The notes under the pieces were generated by a model, which had not been told where the DNA came from, ran no database searches, and saw only the letters and a list, made by a program, of their open reading frames with translations. Source: a virus. Taken from it: DNA of 64,000 nucleotides. The position numbers and the translations under genes were made by a program. Position 1 is the first letter of the stretch. The number at the start of each line of letters is the position of its first letter. Below are positions 46,681 to 54,898 of this stretch, one piece after another. The stretch is from the IMG/VR virus record IMGVR_UViG_3300045988_162015; one strand, 5' to 3'.

Positions 46681-48007
46681 GATAATTAATATTCCTGAAG
46701 AATTTTCTGATTTTATAAGTCGTTTATATTCTAATGATTGCTTAAATTCTTAGGCTGTATTTACATTAACTTTTTAGGTTACAGATGATTGTTGTCTAAA
46801 TTGTGTTTATTGTTATCAAGGACATAAAGGAAAACATAAATTATCCTTTAATACAGCTAAATAGATGATTGATTAGATACTAACAAGAGACAATAAAGTT
46901 ATTAATTATATTGATTCTTATAAAATACCAGGAGTAGTAATAGAATTTATAGGTGGAGAGCCATTTTTAGAAATTGAATTAATTGATTAGATTACTGATT
47001 ATTTTATTAATAAAATGATTGAATTGCGGCATCCTTGGGCCACTAAATATAAAATTTCAATTAGTTCTAATGGTATTTTATATTTTGAACCAAAAGTACA
47101 AGAGTATATTAAAAAAAATAATGAAAATTTAAGTTTATCAATTTCTATTGATGGAAATAAAAAATTACATGATGCTTGTAGAGTTTTCCCTGATGGTAGT
47201 GGTAGTTATGATAAAGCATTGTCTGCTGCATTACATTATAGCCATAATTATAATAAATGGATTGGGAGTAAAATGACTATCTCTCCATTTAATATAGATT
47301 ATTTATATGACGCTGTTTTAGAAATGATAAACAATGGTTATAATCAAATCAATCTAAATTGTGTGTATGAAAAAGGTTGGGAACTTAACCATGCCACTAC
47401 ATTATATTATTAGTTAAAAAAAATTGCTGATTATTTATTAAATAATGATTTGTGGGATAAAGTTTATTTATCTATTTTTTATATTAATGATGGAAGTAAA
47501 AATTTATCTAATGATAATTGGTGCGGCGGGAATGGTCGTATGTTAGCCTTAAATTGGAAAGGTAAATATTATCCCTGTTTACGTTATATGGAAGATAGCA
47601 TAAGTAATCAGCCAGAATATTATATTGGAGATATTTATTAGGGAATAGGCCAAGATAATTTAACCATCAATAGATTAAAAGATTTATCTGAAATAACAGT
47701 TATTAGTCAATCTCCTCAAGAATGTTTAGATTGTGAAATTTCTGGAGGATGCTCTTGGTGTACAGCTTATAATTATCAAGAAACAGGTAATGTTAATAAA
47801 AGAGTTACTTATATTTGTGATATGCATTATGCTACAGTTCTAGCTTCTTTATATTATTTAAATTCTATTTTAAAAAAAATAAACTCGAATAAACGATTTA
47901 AATTTAATGGAGATATGGAAAAAGCATTAAAAATTATCTCTTAGGATGAATATAATATAATAAAGGAGGCAATGACAAATGAAAATAGGAACGACAATAA
48001 CTTCTGA
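46667..48007 (+). CDS. radical SAM/SPASM-domain peptide-maturase-like enzyme (446 aa; 9 in-frame TAG)
   Basis: Cx3Cx2C motif DDCCLNCVYCYQG. GGEPFL glycine-rich motif. SISSNG and SISIDG motifs. C-terminal SPASM cysteines CGGNG...YYPC and CLDCEISGGCSWC. Confidence 0.75.
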
Positions 48008-48629
48008 TAGATTTAATGAATTAAAGAAAAAAATAAAGGCTGAATGTTTACGTCGTAAATATACAGGTAGTGTAAGTTCATATGGAGGGACTTCTTATGA
48101 TTATACTACTTAGCCTAATAATGGAAAAGTTATTTCAAAAGAACATATAACAAAACTGGTAGAACCTATGGCGGCAATAAATATTGAAAATCAGAATGAA
48201 AATATAAATGTTATTAAAGATGATGATTTAAGTACATTAGAGGCAAAAATTACAGCTTATCAAGCTATGGGATTAACTGATTCGAATACTGGATGTTCAG
48301 CTTATTGCACTGGATTATGTTCTACCAGTTGTAGTGAAAGTTGTGGAGTACAATGTCAGGGAACTTGTTTAGGCAGTTGTAAGAATACTTGCCAAGGAGG
48401 CTGCCAAAACACTTGCAGAGGCGGATGTCGAAGCAGTTGTAGTGGCAGTTGTGATGGATGTAGTGGGTCTTGTTCAGGTGGATGCCGAACTGGATGTAGC
48501 GGATGCAGCGGTAGTTGTACAAGACATTGTGCTAACGATTGTACTGGATTATGCGGAGGAAGCTGTTCAGGCTTATGTACAAGTTGTACTGGTACATGTA
48601 GTGGCACAGGTAGAAATGAACCATTATAA
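47979..48629 (+). CDS. Cys-rich repeat precursor-like protein (216 aa): a ~110-aa leader followed by about 25 tandem Cx3C repeats, with one in-frame TAG at 48111
   Basis: AAGGAGGCAATGACAAATG RBS. The core reads GCSAYCTGLCSTSCSESCGVQCQGTCLGSC...CTGTCSGTG. It sits immediately downstream of the radical SAM/SPASM gene. Confidence 0.6.
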
Positions 48630-48747
48630 TTTAAAAATATTTATCGAAAATACATATAACTGTAAGATATATTATATGTATCTTATACAAGATAATATTT
48701 TATTTTGTATAAGTAATTATAAGAATATAAATTTTCAAAAATATAAT

Positions 48748-49317
48748 ATGGATATTTAGATTTTATCTGTTTATGAATATTTATGTCAAAAATATATTTT
48801 ACATAAGGATATATTAAAACAATATAAAGGTATAGAATTATATAAAATTATGGAAATTCAAGATAAAATTTTTATTAATAGATATAAATTATTATTGTAG
48901 ATTATTAATAATAATTATAATTTTGATAATTAGTTAATATACACTGATTTTAATAATTTTAATTTTGAACAAAATATTAGTTATATAAATTATTGTTTAA
49001 AATTACTATTTAATAATTTTAAAAAAATAGATAAACAATTTTGGAAAATTTTAGATTAGATTTATTTTTTAATTAATGGTAAAACTAATTTATTTTTATT
49101 GTTGGGAAATTTTTATTTGAATAAAAGTAATTTATAGCAATTTACTGAAGAAATAAAAAAAATTCCTGGAATTAAAGAATAGCTCTCTTTTAGTTATACA
49201 GCTTTAAATTTAGCTATTGAAATTGATAAAGTTGCAGAAAATAAAAATTATCTTAATGAATTAATTGAAATTATTGATAATCATTCACAAGAAAAAATTT
49301 ATAAATTTGATATTTAA
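48748..49317 (+). CDS. AT-rich hypothetical protein (189 aa; 7 in-frame TAG)
   Basis: Open only if TAG is sense. Lies downstream of the precursor. Low-complexity Asn/Ile/Lys-rich sequence. Confidence 0.35.
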
Positions 49318-49360
49318 TAAAAATTAATATATAATATATATACAAAATAAAGAAAATAAA

Positions 49361-49480
49361 GACTTTAACAGCAAAGAAATGGACAGTAAATCCGTCGCAA
49401 ATGCTACGCAGGTTCGAATCCTGCCCTCCCCACCATTATATGGCGGAGGTAGGGAAGCGGTTAAACCCAATGGGACCAAA
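49361..49480 (+). pseudogene. tRNA-like fragments: a 3' half (T-arm GGTTCGAATCC plus CCA) followed by a 5'-half-like D-arm
   Basis: GCAGGTTCGAATCCTGCCCTCCCCACCA, then GGCGGAGGTAGGGAAGCGGTTAAACCC. The acceptor halves do not pair. Confidence 0.35.
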
Positions 49481-49504
49481 CCAAATAAGTCTTGTTTGAA
49501 TAAA

Positions 49505-49555
49505 ATAATTATTTGATTTTTAATAAAAAATATTATATAATATTTATATAGAAAA
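49505..49555. promoter_or_regulatory. phage promoter motif, variant B
   Basis: TTAATAAAAAATATTATATAATATTTATATAGAAAAGG. Confidence 0.4.
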
Positions 49556-49687
49556 GGCTTTTACAGCAATTTAAACTTCTTTCCGTGGTCGAATAACTGG
49601 ATAATTCATTAGAATTAATTCTGAAAATAAGGATTCGAATTCCTTCCTTGGAGCAAAGTATAAAAAGTCTTGGGTAAATTTCTTAAT

Positions 49688-49740
49688 TTGAAAAAATTAA
49701 AAAAATATAATATAATATATAAGTAATCAATAAGAAATCA
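49688..49740. promoter_or_regulatory. phage promoter motif, variant B
   Basis: AAAAAATTAAAAAAATATAATATAATATATAAG. Confidence 0.4.
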
Positions 49741-49747
49741 AATAAAT

Positions 49748-49822
49748 GGGGTCGTGGCCAAGCGGTAAGGCCGACAACTTATAATTGTCAAATCGTTGGT
49801 TCGAACCCAACCGGCCCCACCA
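49748..49822 (+). tRNA. tRNA-Ile (anticodon UAU)
   Basis: Cloverleaf GGGGTCG/CGGCCCC. Anticodon loop CTTATAA. T-loop TTCGAAC. Encoded CCA. Confidence 0.7.
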
Positions 49823-49848
49823 TATTCCAATAGAAAGGAATTAAAATA

Positions 49849-50088
49849 ATGAAGTTGACAAATATTAAGCAGGTTGAAGATTTTATCGCAGCAGTTAATC
49901 GGGCACATAGTAATGTATGGCTGGTAAGTCCGCAGGGTGATAGATATAATATGAAATCTGCACTTTCACAGTATATTGCACTTGGTGCATTGCTCGGCCA
50001 GCATGGCGATGAATTGGAACTTTTCTGTGATAGTAAGCAGGATGAAGGCTTGTTTATTGAATTTTTTGTTCGTCACCCTGAAGTTTAA
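49849..50088 (+). CDS. hypothetical protein (79 aa)
   Basis: AGAAAGGAATTAAAATAATG RBS. Confidence 0.5.
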   Translation: MKLTNIKQVEDFIAAVNRAHSNVWLVSPQGDRYNMKSALSQYIALGALLGQHGDELELFCDSKQDEGLFIEFFVRHPEV

Positions 50089-50115
50089 TAAAAACATTAG
50101 AGAGGGAGGGGAAGA

Positions 50116-51075
50116 ATGACTGTTATTGAATTGTTCGCAGGAATTGGAACATAGATTTCAGCCTTGAGCGAGATTGATCCAAATATTAGATCAATTGGTA
50201 TTAGTGAAATTGATGAACGACCATTGAAAGCGTATAAAGTTTTGAATGGTGAATATAATAATTTTGGTGATATCACAAAAATTGATACTTTGCCCTACGC
50301 AGATATTTGGACTTATTCTTTCCCTTGTACTGATTTATCTATTGCAGGGAAGCAAGAAGGTTTTCAAGGAAAAAATTCTTCATTAATTTATGAGGTATAC
50401 CGTCTCTTGCTTTCTTCTCCAAAGCCAAAAATTCTTTTAATGGAAAATGTGGCCAATATTTGTAATAATACTTTTATGCCAAAATTTCAAGAGTGGATTA
50501 ATAGTTTAGCTGAATTAGGTTATGTATCTAGTTGGAAGAAAATAAAAGCTTATGAATATGGCGGAGCAACTATTAGAGATCGTGTATTCATGATTTCAGT
50601 AATTTCTCCTTTAAAAAAGTTTATTTTCCCTTTAGCTGAAAATGTTAAAACTACTTTAAAAGATTTTTTGGAGCCAATTAACGAAGAATATTTCATTGAT
50701 AGTTATGATGGCCCAAGTGATATTACTACACCATATTATAATGGAGCTAAAAAACTCTGTGATTATAAAAATGGTGGTCAAGGAAATCGAATTTATTCTA
50801 TATTTGGACAAGGAGTTACATTAACTGCTTCTGGTGGAGGAAAAGCCGGATCAAGTGGTGGTTTGTATCTTCGTAATAATAGTATTTATAAACTTACTCC
50901 AATTGAGATTTGTAAAGTAATGGGTTGGACTAAAGTAGAAGCAGAAAAGATTTGTTCTGTTTTAACCCCTAGAGAAGTGGGTTTTTGCTTGGGCAATGCC
51001 ATTGATAGAAATGTGTTAATTCATATTTTTAAAGGGATAAAGGAACAATACTATGATGAATTGGGAGAAAAGTGA
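50116..51075 (+). CDS. DNA (cytosine-5)-methyltransferase, with an in-frame TAG at 50152
   Basis: Motif I ELFAGIGT. Motif IV FPCTDLSIAG (PC motif). Motif VI ENV. GGGGAAGAATG RBS. Confidence 0.7.
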
Positions 51076-51679
51076 AAAGAAAGCATTTGAATGGTTTAAA
51101 AATAACTATGATAATGATGCGGTTTACCAAGGACATAATAATTCTACTATTTCAGATATTTATTCTCCTTTATATAATTGCTATATTGAAGTAAAAGATA
51201 TTACTAATGGTGCTCGATGCGGGCAATTTACTAAAAGTACCATCAGTAATAACCCATATGCTGAAGCTATTTATTTGGGTAAAAATGATGAAGAAACTTG
51301 TATAAATTTTGTAAAAGAGCATTATAGAGCTAAACGAGTAGGGGCTTTTATTATTATTAATAATAATAATATTTCTCTTGTGGCTTTTGATGATTTTTTT
51401 AATAATTATACTTTTGAAATTCAAAAGCCTTATTGCAAAAGAAGCGGCACTTCATCGGCTCCAATTAAAGATAAAGAAACTCTTTTAAAATTTAATACAG
51501 GATTTTATCAAGAAAATAATAAAGTTTTTTGTTCTGATCAAAATTTATTTGGTACTTATTGTTCAGTATTTAATCCTTTTGATTATTTTATCAGTAAAAC
51601 AACTGGTGAATTAAGAAAAAGAAGTAATACTAATAATATGACTTGGCATATTGTAATTAAAGAAAAATTGAAAAATTAA
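51053..51679 (+). CDS. putative PD-(D/E)xK nuclease partner of the methyltransferase (possible Type II restriction endonuclease)
   Basis: Overlaps the methyltransferase 3' end. SDIY...CYIEVKD is a possible D...ExK motif. Weak. Confidence 0.3.
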   Translation: MMNWEKSEKKAFEWFKNNYDNDAVYQGHNNSTISDIYSPLYNCYIEVKDITNGARCGQFTKSTISNNPYAEAIYLGKNDEETCINFVKEHYRAKRVGAFIIINNNNISLVAFDDFFNNYTFEIQKPYCKRSGTSSAPIKDKETLLKFNTGFYQENNKVFCSDQNLFGTYCSVFNPFDYFISKTTGELRKRSNTNNMTWHIVIKEKLKN

Positions 51680-51715
51680 AAAAAATATTATAAAATATAT
51701 ATACAAAATAAATGA
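51662..51715. promoter_or_regulatory. phage middle/late promoter motif
   Basis: AAAAATTAAAAAAAATATTATAAAATATATATACAAAATAAATGAG. Confidence 0.4.
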
Positions 51716-51735
51716 GAAATAAATTCTCATTTGTA

Positions 51736-51812
51736 TGGGACAGTAGCTTACGAGGTCGGAGCATTGGTCTGAAAAACCAAAGGATGGAGGCTCGATACCT
51801 CCCTGTCCCACC
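51736..51812 (+). tRNA. tRNA-Phe (anticodon GAA)
   Basis: Acceptor GGGACAG/CTGTCCC. Anticodon loop CTGAAAA. Atypical T-loop CTCGATA. Encoded CCA. Confidence 0.6.
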
Positions 51813-51895
51813 AATTGGTCTTACACATGGGGTTTCCGATTTGAACTAGGCAGATTAGTCACCTGCCGTTGGCAATAGACCAATTAAAAATAAAC
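51813..51895 (+). ncRNA. structured hairpin element (9 bp outer stem AATTGGTCT/AGACCAATT enclosing an inner GGCAG/CTGCC stem-loop)
   Basis: Nested inverted repeats lying between two tRNAs. Function unknown. Confidence 0.3.
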
Positions 51896-52031
51896 TGAGG
51901 CAAAGGGAAATCGGGTAGTTATGATGAACTTCATAATGAAATCCTCTTGTAATCAAGCTAATTGGGAGAGAGGTAGCACGGGAACGGGGAGAAGCGTGCT
52001 ATAAAAGGTGAAATACTTCTTTCCACCATAT

Positions 52032-52107
52032 GCCGGTGTAGCCGAATGGCATAGGCGAATGATTTAGGATCATTAATCTGAAGGTTCGAATCCTTTCACC
52101 GGTACCA
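52032..52107 (+). tRNA. tRNA with anticodon UAG (Leu-decoding) but a type I body (5-nt variable loop)
   Basis: Acceptor GCCGGTG/CACCGGT. Anticodon stem AATGA/TCATT with loop TTTAGGA. Variable loop AATCT. Encoded CCA. Confidence 0.6.
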
Positions 52108-52176
52108 TAAGCCGATATCTTTGTACTATCCGGTGGTTGGTGGCTCCATCGTTATGTAAATAAGCCATATATATAT

Positions 52177-52247
52177 TACTTCTTGGTGTAATGGAAGCAC
52201 GCTGCCTGAAGGGGGCGGAGGTATTGGTTCAATTCCAATAGAAGGAT
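52177..52247 (+). tRNA. tRNA-like gene, anticodon unresolved (loop TGAAGGG with G33); possibly a pseudogene
   Basis: D-arm GTG-TAATGGAAG-CAC. T-arm ATTGG-TTCAATT-CCAAT. The acceptor pairs 6 of 7. Confidence 0.35.
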
Positions 52248-52597
52248 TAATTAAAGCTGGGAAATAATAGTCGCCCATAACTAATTATTTAATATAGGAC
52301 TATTATTAAAGATTATTTAAGTTAAAGAAATGCGGTTGAAGTTATTACTTACTTGATCATAAAATAATATAACCGCAAGACGAGTGTTTGAAGCTTGTCT
52401 ATAAACAAATTCTTCATATGTTGTCTTTTTATACTTACTCTTTGGCTGTTTCTTGACATATAAGTAAAGGCGAAAAGGGAGTTAAAGGTTTAACTAAAAA
52501 ACCAGTTTGTTTTTTGATAAGATTTTAAAGGTTAGGTGGCAAAATCTTATTTGAGTGACGCTGCTCAGGAGGGTCCGGAACCTCTAAAATGCGATAT

Positions 52598-52730
52598 GCG
52601 CCAGTGGCCAAGTGGTATGGCACCTGCCTTTGTGGGATTGATGTAAGTAGCATTTTAATGTATTGGTTCAAATCCAATATTCCGCACCATAAGCAGGGCA
52701 ACGCGGGTTCGATCCCCGCCTGGCGCACCA
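52598..52730 (+). tRNA. tRNA interrupted in the anticodon loop by a 58-nt insertion (52632-52689) that itself resembles an anticodon-arm-less mini-tRNA
   Basis: Outer tRNA: acceptor GCGCCAG/CTGGCGC, D-arm GCC-AAGTGGTAT-GGC, and anticodon stem halves CCTGC(52623)...GCAGG(52693) separated by the insert. The T-arm is GCGGG-TTCGATC-CCCGC with an encoded CCA. Insert: acceptor GTGGGAT/ATTCCGC, D-arm ATG-TAAGTAG-CAT, T-arm ATTGG-TTCAAAT-CCAAT, then ACCA. Confidence 0.45.
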
Positions 52731-53064
52731 GGTCAAGTTTGAGAAATTTCATAGAGCATTGCTGACGTTAAATGGTTCTTATATGAAAGCGCGTAATTAG
52801 TATAAGAAACAAAATTCTCGTAGTTCATCCCATTAGAGAATCTTAAAGAGTAATGGCAAGGTCATATCGCGGGAGACCGTGCGTATGAGATACCTAAATA
52901 AAGGTAGCACATTCTGTGTTGAGCAGAATACTAGTGGAAATCAAGCGGGTCCACCTTACTGGGCCTACTGTAATAGCCAGTTTAATATGCCCTCCATACC
53001 CAATGAGGAATTTTTATAAAAGTCTATTTAATTTTTCTTGGCAGTTTAGTTAAATAGACTATAT

Positions 53065-53141
53065 GCGGGATTAGCTCAGCTGGTTAGAGCGTTTGGTTTA
53101 CACCCAAGAGGTCATTGGTTCGAATCCAATATCCTGCACCA
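53065..53141 (+). tRNA. tRNA-Val (anticodon UAC)
   Basis: GCGGGAT/ATCCTGC. D-arm TAGCTCAGCTGGTTAGAGC. Anticodon loop TTTACAC. Encoded CCA. Confidence 0.7.
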
Positions 53142-53142
53142 A

Positions 53143-53200
53143 TAAATTTGAAAATTTAAAAAAAATATTATATAATATTTATATAATAATAAAGGAGATA
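53143..53200. promoter_or_regulatory. phage promoter motif, variant B
   Basis: AAAAAAATATTATATAATATTTATATAATAATAAAGGAG. Confidence 0.4.
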
Positions 53201-53206
53201 TTTGAA

Positions 53207-53374
53207 ATGGCAACTACTAAGAAACCTGCTATCAAGATGGATAATGAAGAGTTGAATGAGTATCTTCTGTTTCGCCGTCGTAGATCAATTGTCCCTGCCA
53301 AGAAAGGTAAGGGTATGGAATATGATAGAGCGAAGGAAAAAGAAAAATCTGAAAAAATGATTTCTGATGAATAA
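53207..53374 (+). CDS. small basic protein (55 aa)
   Basis: AAAGGAGATATTTGAAATG RBS. Confidence 0.4.
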   Translation: MATTKKPAIKMDNEELNEYLLFRRRRSIVPAKKGKGMEYDRAKEKEKSEKMISDE

Positions 53375-53441
53375 ATATGCTCCCATCGACAAGTGGTCTA
53401 AGTCACCAGCCTTTCACGCTGGAGTCGCCGGTTCAAATCCG
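53369..53441 (+). tRNA. tRNA-Glu (anticodon UUC)
   Basis: GCTCCCA/TGGGAGT. Anticodon loop CTTTCAC. T-arm GCCGG-TTCAAAT-CCGGC. No encoded CCA. Confidence 0.6.
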
Positions 53442-53535
53442 GCTGGGAGTAGAGATACAAATTCTACAACCTTCACGCGGTGTATCTTGTTTTAACTAAT
53501 GTAGAATAAAGTAAATAAAAAGGAGCTGTTTAATT

Positions 53536-54159
53536 ATGGCATACATTTATTAGATTATTAATGATATAAATTAGAAAATTTATGTTGGTAAAACTGAATT
53601 TTCTATTGAAAAACGTTTTAAAGAACATTGTAAAGATGCTTTTAGAGAGCGCAATGAAAAACGTCCATTATATTCAGCAATGCGAAAATATGGAGTAGAA
53701 CATTTTCATATTGAACTAATTGAAGAAACTGATGATGCTAATAATCGAGAAACTTATTGGATTGAAAAATTAGGTTCTTTTAAATGGGGATATAATGCTA
53801 CAATAGGCGGAGATGGTAAAAAGTATCTTGATTATGATTTAATTATTGCTTCTTATCAAGAAATTAAAAATATTGAAGAAACTGCTCGTAAATTAGGAAT
53901 TTCTTCTGATAGTGTAGAAAGAATTCTTAAAGAAAAAAAAGAAAAAATTTATTCTCAACAAGAAGTTAATTTAGTTAAATCAGGTAAAAAAGTTGCTCAA
54001 TGTGATAAAAAAACTGGAAAAATTTTAAATATATTTCCATCTATTGGAAGTGCAGGTAGAGCTATTAATAAACCTGATATTACTCATATAAGCGCTGTAT
54101 GCTTAGGTAAAAGACAAAGTGCTTATGGTTATAAATGGAAATTTATTGAAAATAATTAA
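53536..54159 (+). CDS. GIY-YIG homing endonuclease (I-TevI-like), with 2 in-frame TAG codons
   Basis: MAYIY[TAG]IINDIN[TAG]KIYVGKT aligns with I-TevI GIYQIKNTLNNKVYVGS, placing the first TAG at the I-TevI Gln. A C-terminal helix-turn-helix-like region follows. Confidence 0.7.
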
Positions 54160-54183
54160 AATTATTCTTATATGGTGCTATAG

Positions 54184-54260
54184 TTCAGTTGGCTAGAATG
54201 TCGGACTGTCTCTCCGAAGGTCAGGGGTTCGAGTCCCCTTAGCATCGCCACCGCACTCGC
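54184..54260 (+). tRNA. tRNA-Asp (anticodon GUC)
   Basis: GGTGCTA/TAGCATC. Anticodon loop CTGTCTC. T-arm AGGGG-TTCGAGT-CCCCT. Encoded CCA. Confidence 0.7.
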
Positions 54261-54352
54261 GGGATGATACTACAAATGCACAACAGATAATTAAAATTGG
54301 CAGCATAGAACTTGATAGAGCGTTCTATTAATCTGATTAAATTAAGTTTTAT
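54261..54352 (+). repeat. post-tRNA repeat element, copy 1 (CCGCACTCGCGG hairpin ... GCATAGAACTTGATAGAGCGTTCTATTAATCTGAT ... ATTAAGTTTTATAAC)
   Basis: A near-identical unit follows tRNA-Asn at 54570. It contains a small GC hairpin directly 3' of the CCA and an ATAGAAC/GTTCTAT hairpin. Confidence 0.55.
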
Positions 54353-54355
54353 AAC

Positions 54356-54431
54356 TATCGAATATGGGGCTTTAGCTCAACTGGGAGAGCGCCTGTCTTG
54401 CACACAGGAGGTAGCGAGTTCGACCCTCGCA
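54356..54431 (+). tRNA. tRNA-Ala (anticodon UGC)
   Basis: GGGGCTT/AAGTTCC. Anticodon loop CTTGCAC. T-arm GCGAG-TTCGACC-CTCGC. Encoded CCA. Confidence 0.65.
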
Positions 54432-54493
54432 AGTTCCACCATTAAGTGTGATATATTCCAAACACGTAGGGTGGTAAGCACACGGGTTTTCTA

Positions 54494-54569
54494 GAAGCCT
54501 TCCCTATGAATATGGATGCATAGCTCAGTTGGTAGAGCAATTGACTGTTAATCAATGGGTCGGAGGATC
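54494..54569 (+). tRNA. tRNA-Asn (anticodon GUU)
   Basis: GGATGCA/TGCATCC. D-arm TAGCTCAGTTGGTAGAGC. Anticodon loop CTGTTAA. Encoded CCA. Confidence 0.7.
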
Positions 54570-54690
54570 ATACCCTTCTGCATCCGCCACCGCACTCGCG
54601 GAAAACATACAACTCAACTGGTGCATAGAACTTGATGGAGCGTTCTATTAGTCTGATGCCTGCATTAGATTAAGTTTTATAACCATTATA
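54570..54690 (+). repeat. post-tRNA repeat element, copy 2
   Basis: CCGCACTCGCGGAAAACATACAACTCAACTGGTGCATAGAACTTGATGGAGCGTTCTATTAGTCTGAT...ATTAGATTAAGTTTTATAACC. Confidence 0.55.
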
Positions 54691-54719
54691 TTTATAAAAG
54701 ACAATTTCAGCAATTATAA

Positions 54720-54825
54720 ATTTGCTTGGGGAGCCGTAGGTTATAGGTTCAAGTCCTATTGTTCGGCAGAATGCCGGATATGGCGTAATTGGTAGCGCGA
54801 CGTATAAAAATTGTCTTGTTAATAT
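54720..54825 (+). pseudogene. tRNA fragments (a 3'-half-like T-arm ATAGG-TTCAAGT-CCTAT followed by a 5'-half-like GCCGGATATGGCGTAATTGGTAGCGC)
   Basis: The halves are in 3' then 5' order and their acceptor strands do not pair. Degenerate. Confidence 0.3.
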
Positions 54826-54898
54826 TGCGGGGTCGTCAAGTGGTTAAGACACAAGCCTCATAAACTTGTTATCGTGGGTTCGAATCCTACCCCCGCAA
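54826..54898 (+). tRNA. tRNA-Met (anticodon CAU)
   Basis: TGCGGGG/CCCCGCA pairs 7 of 7, with U8. Anticodon loop CTCATAA with a 31-39 C-A mismatch. T-arm GTGGG-TTCGAAT-CCTAC. Confidence 0.6.

Noticed and set aside
47972-48007. A second in-frame ATG (47972) at the radical SAM C-terminus taken as the precursor start
   Set aside because: That frame stops after 11 codons. The precursor starts at the ATG at 47979 in the +1 frame, which is continuous with the Cys-rich core through one TAG.
48442-48759. Track ORFs 48442..48759(+) and 48322..48607(-) that overlap the Cys-rich precursor
   Set aside because: They are alternative frames of the GC-rich Cys-codon repeat region. The precursor frame has the RBS and the leader-plus-core architecture.
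49361-49480. Circularly permuted tRNA, with the 3' half encoded before the 5' half
   Set aside because: The acceptor strand of the 3' half (CCTCCCC) does not pair with the downstream 5'-half-like segment (GGCGGAG). The same is true at 54720-54825.
51611-51814. Track ORFs 51611..51814(-), 52525..52752(-), 54312..54494(+), 55475..55693(+) and 55891..56139(+)
   Set aside because: They are translations across tRNA genes, with GIEP-type peptides from T-arms. They are not protein-coding.
52032-52107. Reading the UAG-anticodon tRNA on the minus strand, which would give anticodon CUA and make it an amber suppressor
   Set aside because: Only the plus strand gives a cloverleaf with conserved D-loop GG, a TTCGAAT T-loop and a 3' CCA. 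The reverse complement lacks a T-loop in the right place.
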